Shown here: positions 62,830 to 64,000 of the stretch, piece by piece
Position numbering within the stretch: position 1 is the first letter of the stretch
Layout: each line of letters starts with the position of its first letter
Source: Takakia lepidozioides
Lineage: Eukaryota > Plantae > Bryophyta
Assembly: GCA_030704615.1 (NCBI GenBank)
Contig: CM060731.1
Location: 15,376,001 to 15,440,000, forward strand
Direction of reading: 5' to 3'
Length of the DNA stretch: 64,000 nucleotides
Made by a program: the position numbers and the translations under genes
The notes under the pieces: model-generated
What the model was told of the DNA's origin: nothing
Database searches by the model: none
Seen by the model: the letters and a program-made list of their open reading frames with translations, nothing else

Positions 62830-64000
62830 GACACAATGAATAACATGGACTTCACGAAGCTCTACTCTGAATCTAGGAATACTTTTGCAAACCAAGGGCT
62901 TCTAGGTGTCCCCTTGCTTGAGTACTTGGTCTAGTAACACCTTCCTTTTGGGAATGAGTGCTTACTGTCCTGCGACCACCCACCCTTCCCTGTGGAGCAT
63001 GGGCTGAAATAGGTACTGCTTAGTTGAGTACCTATTGCTGACTGAAATGGCTGGAAGGACCTCCCTCCTCTCTTTGCTAGTATGACCTGCTACAAGGATG
63101 ACGTTGGCTGTGATGGATCCAGGTGAGGACACTTCAAAAGAATAGGAAACGCTACTGATGCCAAAAGACTAAGGGAGTGAGGCTTGGAGCTCTCTCAAAC
63201 CTCAAATCTGTTTGTATGCGTTGATTGTGCAACATACTGCTGCTCTTTAACTATGGGATTGAGGGATCTATGACCTTGTACCTACATGGAAGGAGTTAGG
63301 GAGACATCCCCACTTCTACTGTTGCTTCCTAAGATATGGAAGTGAGGAGGCAGATCCGTTTTTGAGAAGGGCCTACCTAGCGTGCATCTGATTCCCACTT
63401 GGAACACCTCAAAACTGATTTTCCAGTAAGGATTTGTAAAGGCAGGTATGGAGGCAGATCTGGATTGAGACAGTTTGCATGACAGTTTGTTGTTTGTTGT
63501 TATGAAATCACTAAGCTCACCCTCCCATCCTTGTGGTTAAGGTGGCAATGTCAATGGTTGCCAAGTAGGCACCAACAGCTCCAATGTGGTGAGTACATAT
63601 AATCCCCCTCCCTCTTAAGTAAAGTTGCATGTCTTATAAATCTGTTGTTTTGACTACTTTTTCAAGAAGTCAGAAATCTCAAGCCACTCTCTGATGGTGC
63701 CTGAAAAGGCAGTATGGTGATATGCTGTGACTCTCCATGTGTTTTTACGTGATATTACAGTTTGATCACGAACTGTCTTATCTCTCTCTAGCTAAAGACG
63801 TGGCTCATTGGGCTCTAACTTTTGCGCTGCTCACACACAGCAGATTAATGCTTGTGTGAAGGGCTTTCTAGAGGATATCTGGGAAGCCTGAACTAATTGT
63901 TTATACTAAGGTAAGTCACACTGGACTGAGCCCCTCACAGAGGAAGCCATGTTCCCTTGTTTCCGTCCAACTGGGCTCGGGGTCTATGGCCACAAGGCTA
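62830..64000 (+). mobile_element. Diverged LINE-derived sequence in EF1B-gamma intron, ending in the shared tail
   Basis: 62850-63180 resembles 7195-7615. 63830-64000 matches the LINE 3' region (cacacagcagatt..ggtctatggccacaaggcta). Confidence 0.65.

Overview
Eukaryotic nuclear DNA from a land plant, probably a seed-free lineage with flagellated sperm (bryophyte, lycophyte or fern; inferred from gene content). The right half (31-64 kb) is gene-rich: a 9-exon GT47 exostosin glycosyltransferase, a 4-exon TBL O-acetyltransferase, a coiled-coil gene resembling outer-dynein-arm docking subunit DC1/ODAD3, a single-exon EXORDIUM/PHI-1 gene and the 3' part of EF1B-gamma. LINE fragments and MITEs lie in introns and between these genes. 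The left half (1-30 kb) is repeat-rich. It holds ABC1-kinase and MMS19 pseudo-exons amid rearranged duplications, a minisatellite, hAT and piggyBac MITEs and a decayed PIF/Harbinger. The main find is a 7.4-kb minus-strand retroelement (21879-29292) with three unusual properties. (1) It encodes gag, two zinc knuckles, a protease and a DNMT3-like C5 cytosine methyltransferase in one frame. (2) Its terminal repeats are split and circularly permuted (B-PBS-ORF-PPT-A-B-A), with TG..CA ends and a 4-bp TSD, as if a 2-LTR circle had been opened at an internal palindrome GACAGCTGTC. (3) Its PBS is complementary to a hairpin loop in its own LTR, suggesting self-priming. All protein identifications are from recalled motif or family similarity, not database searches.
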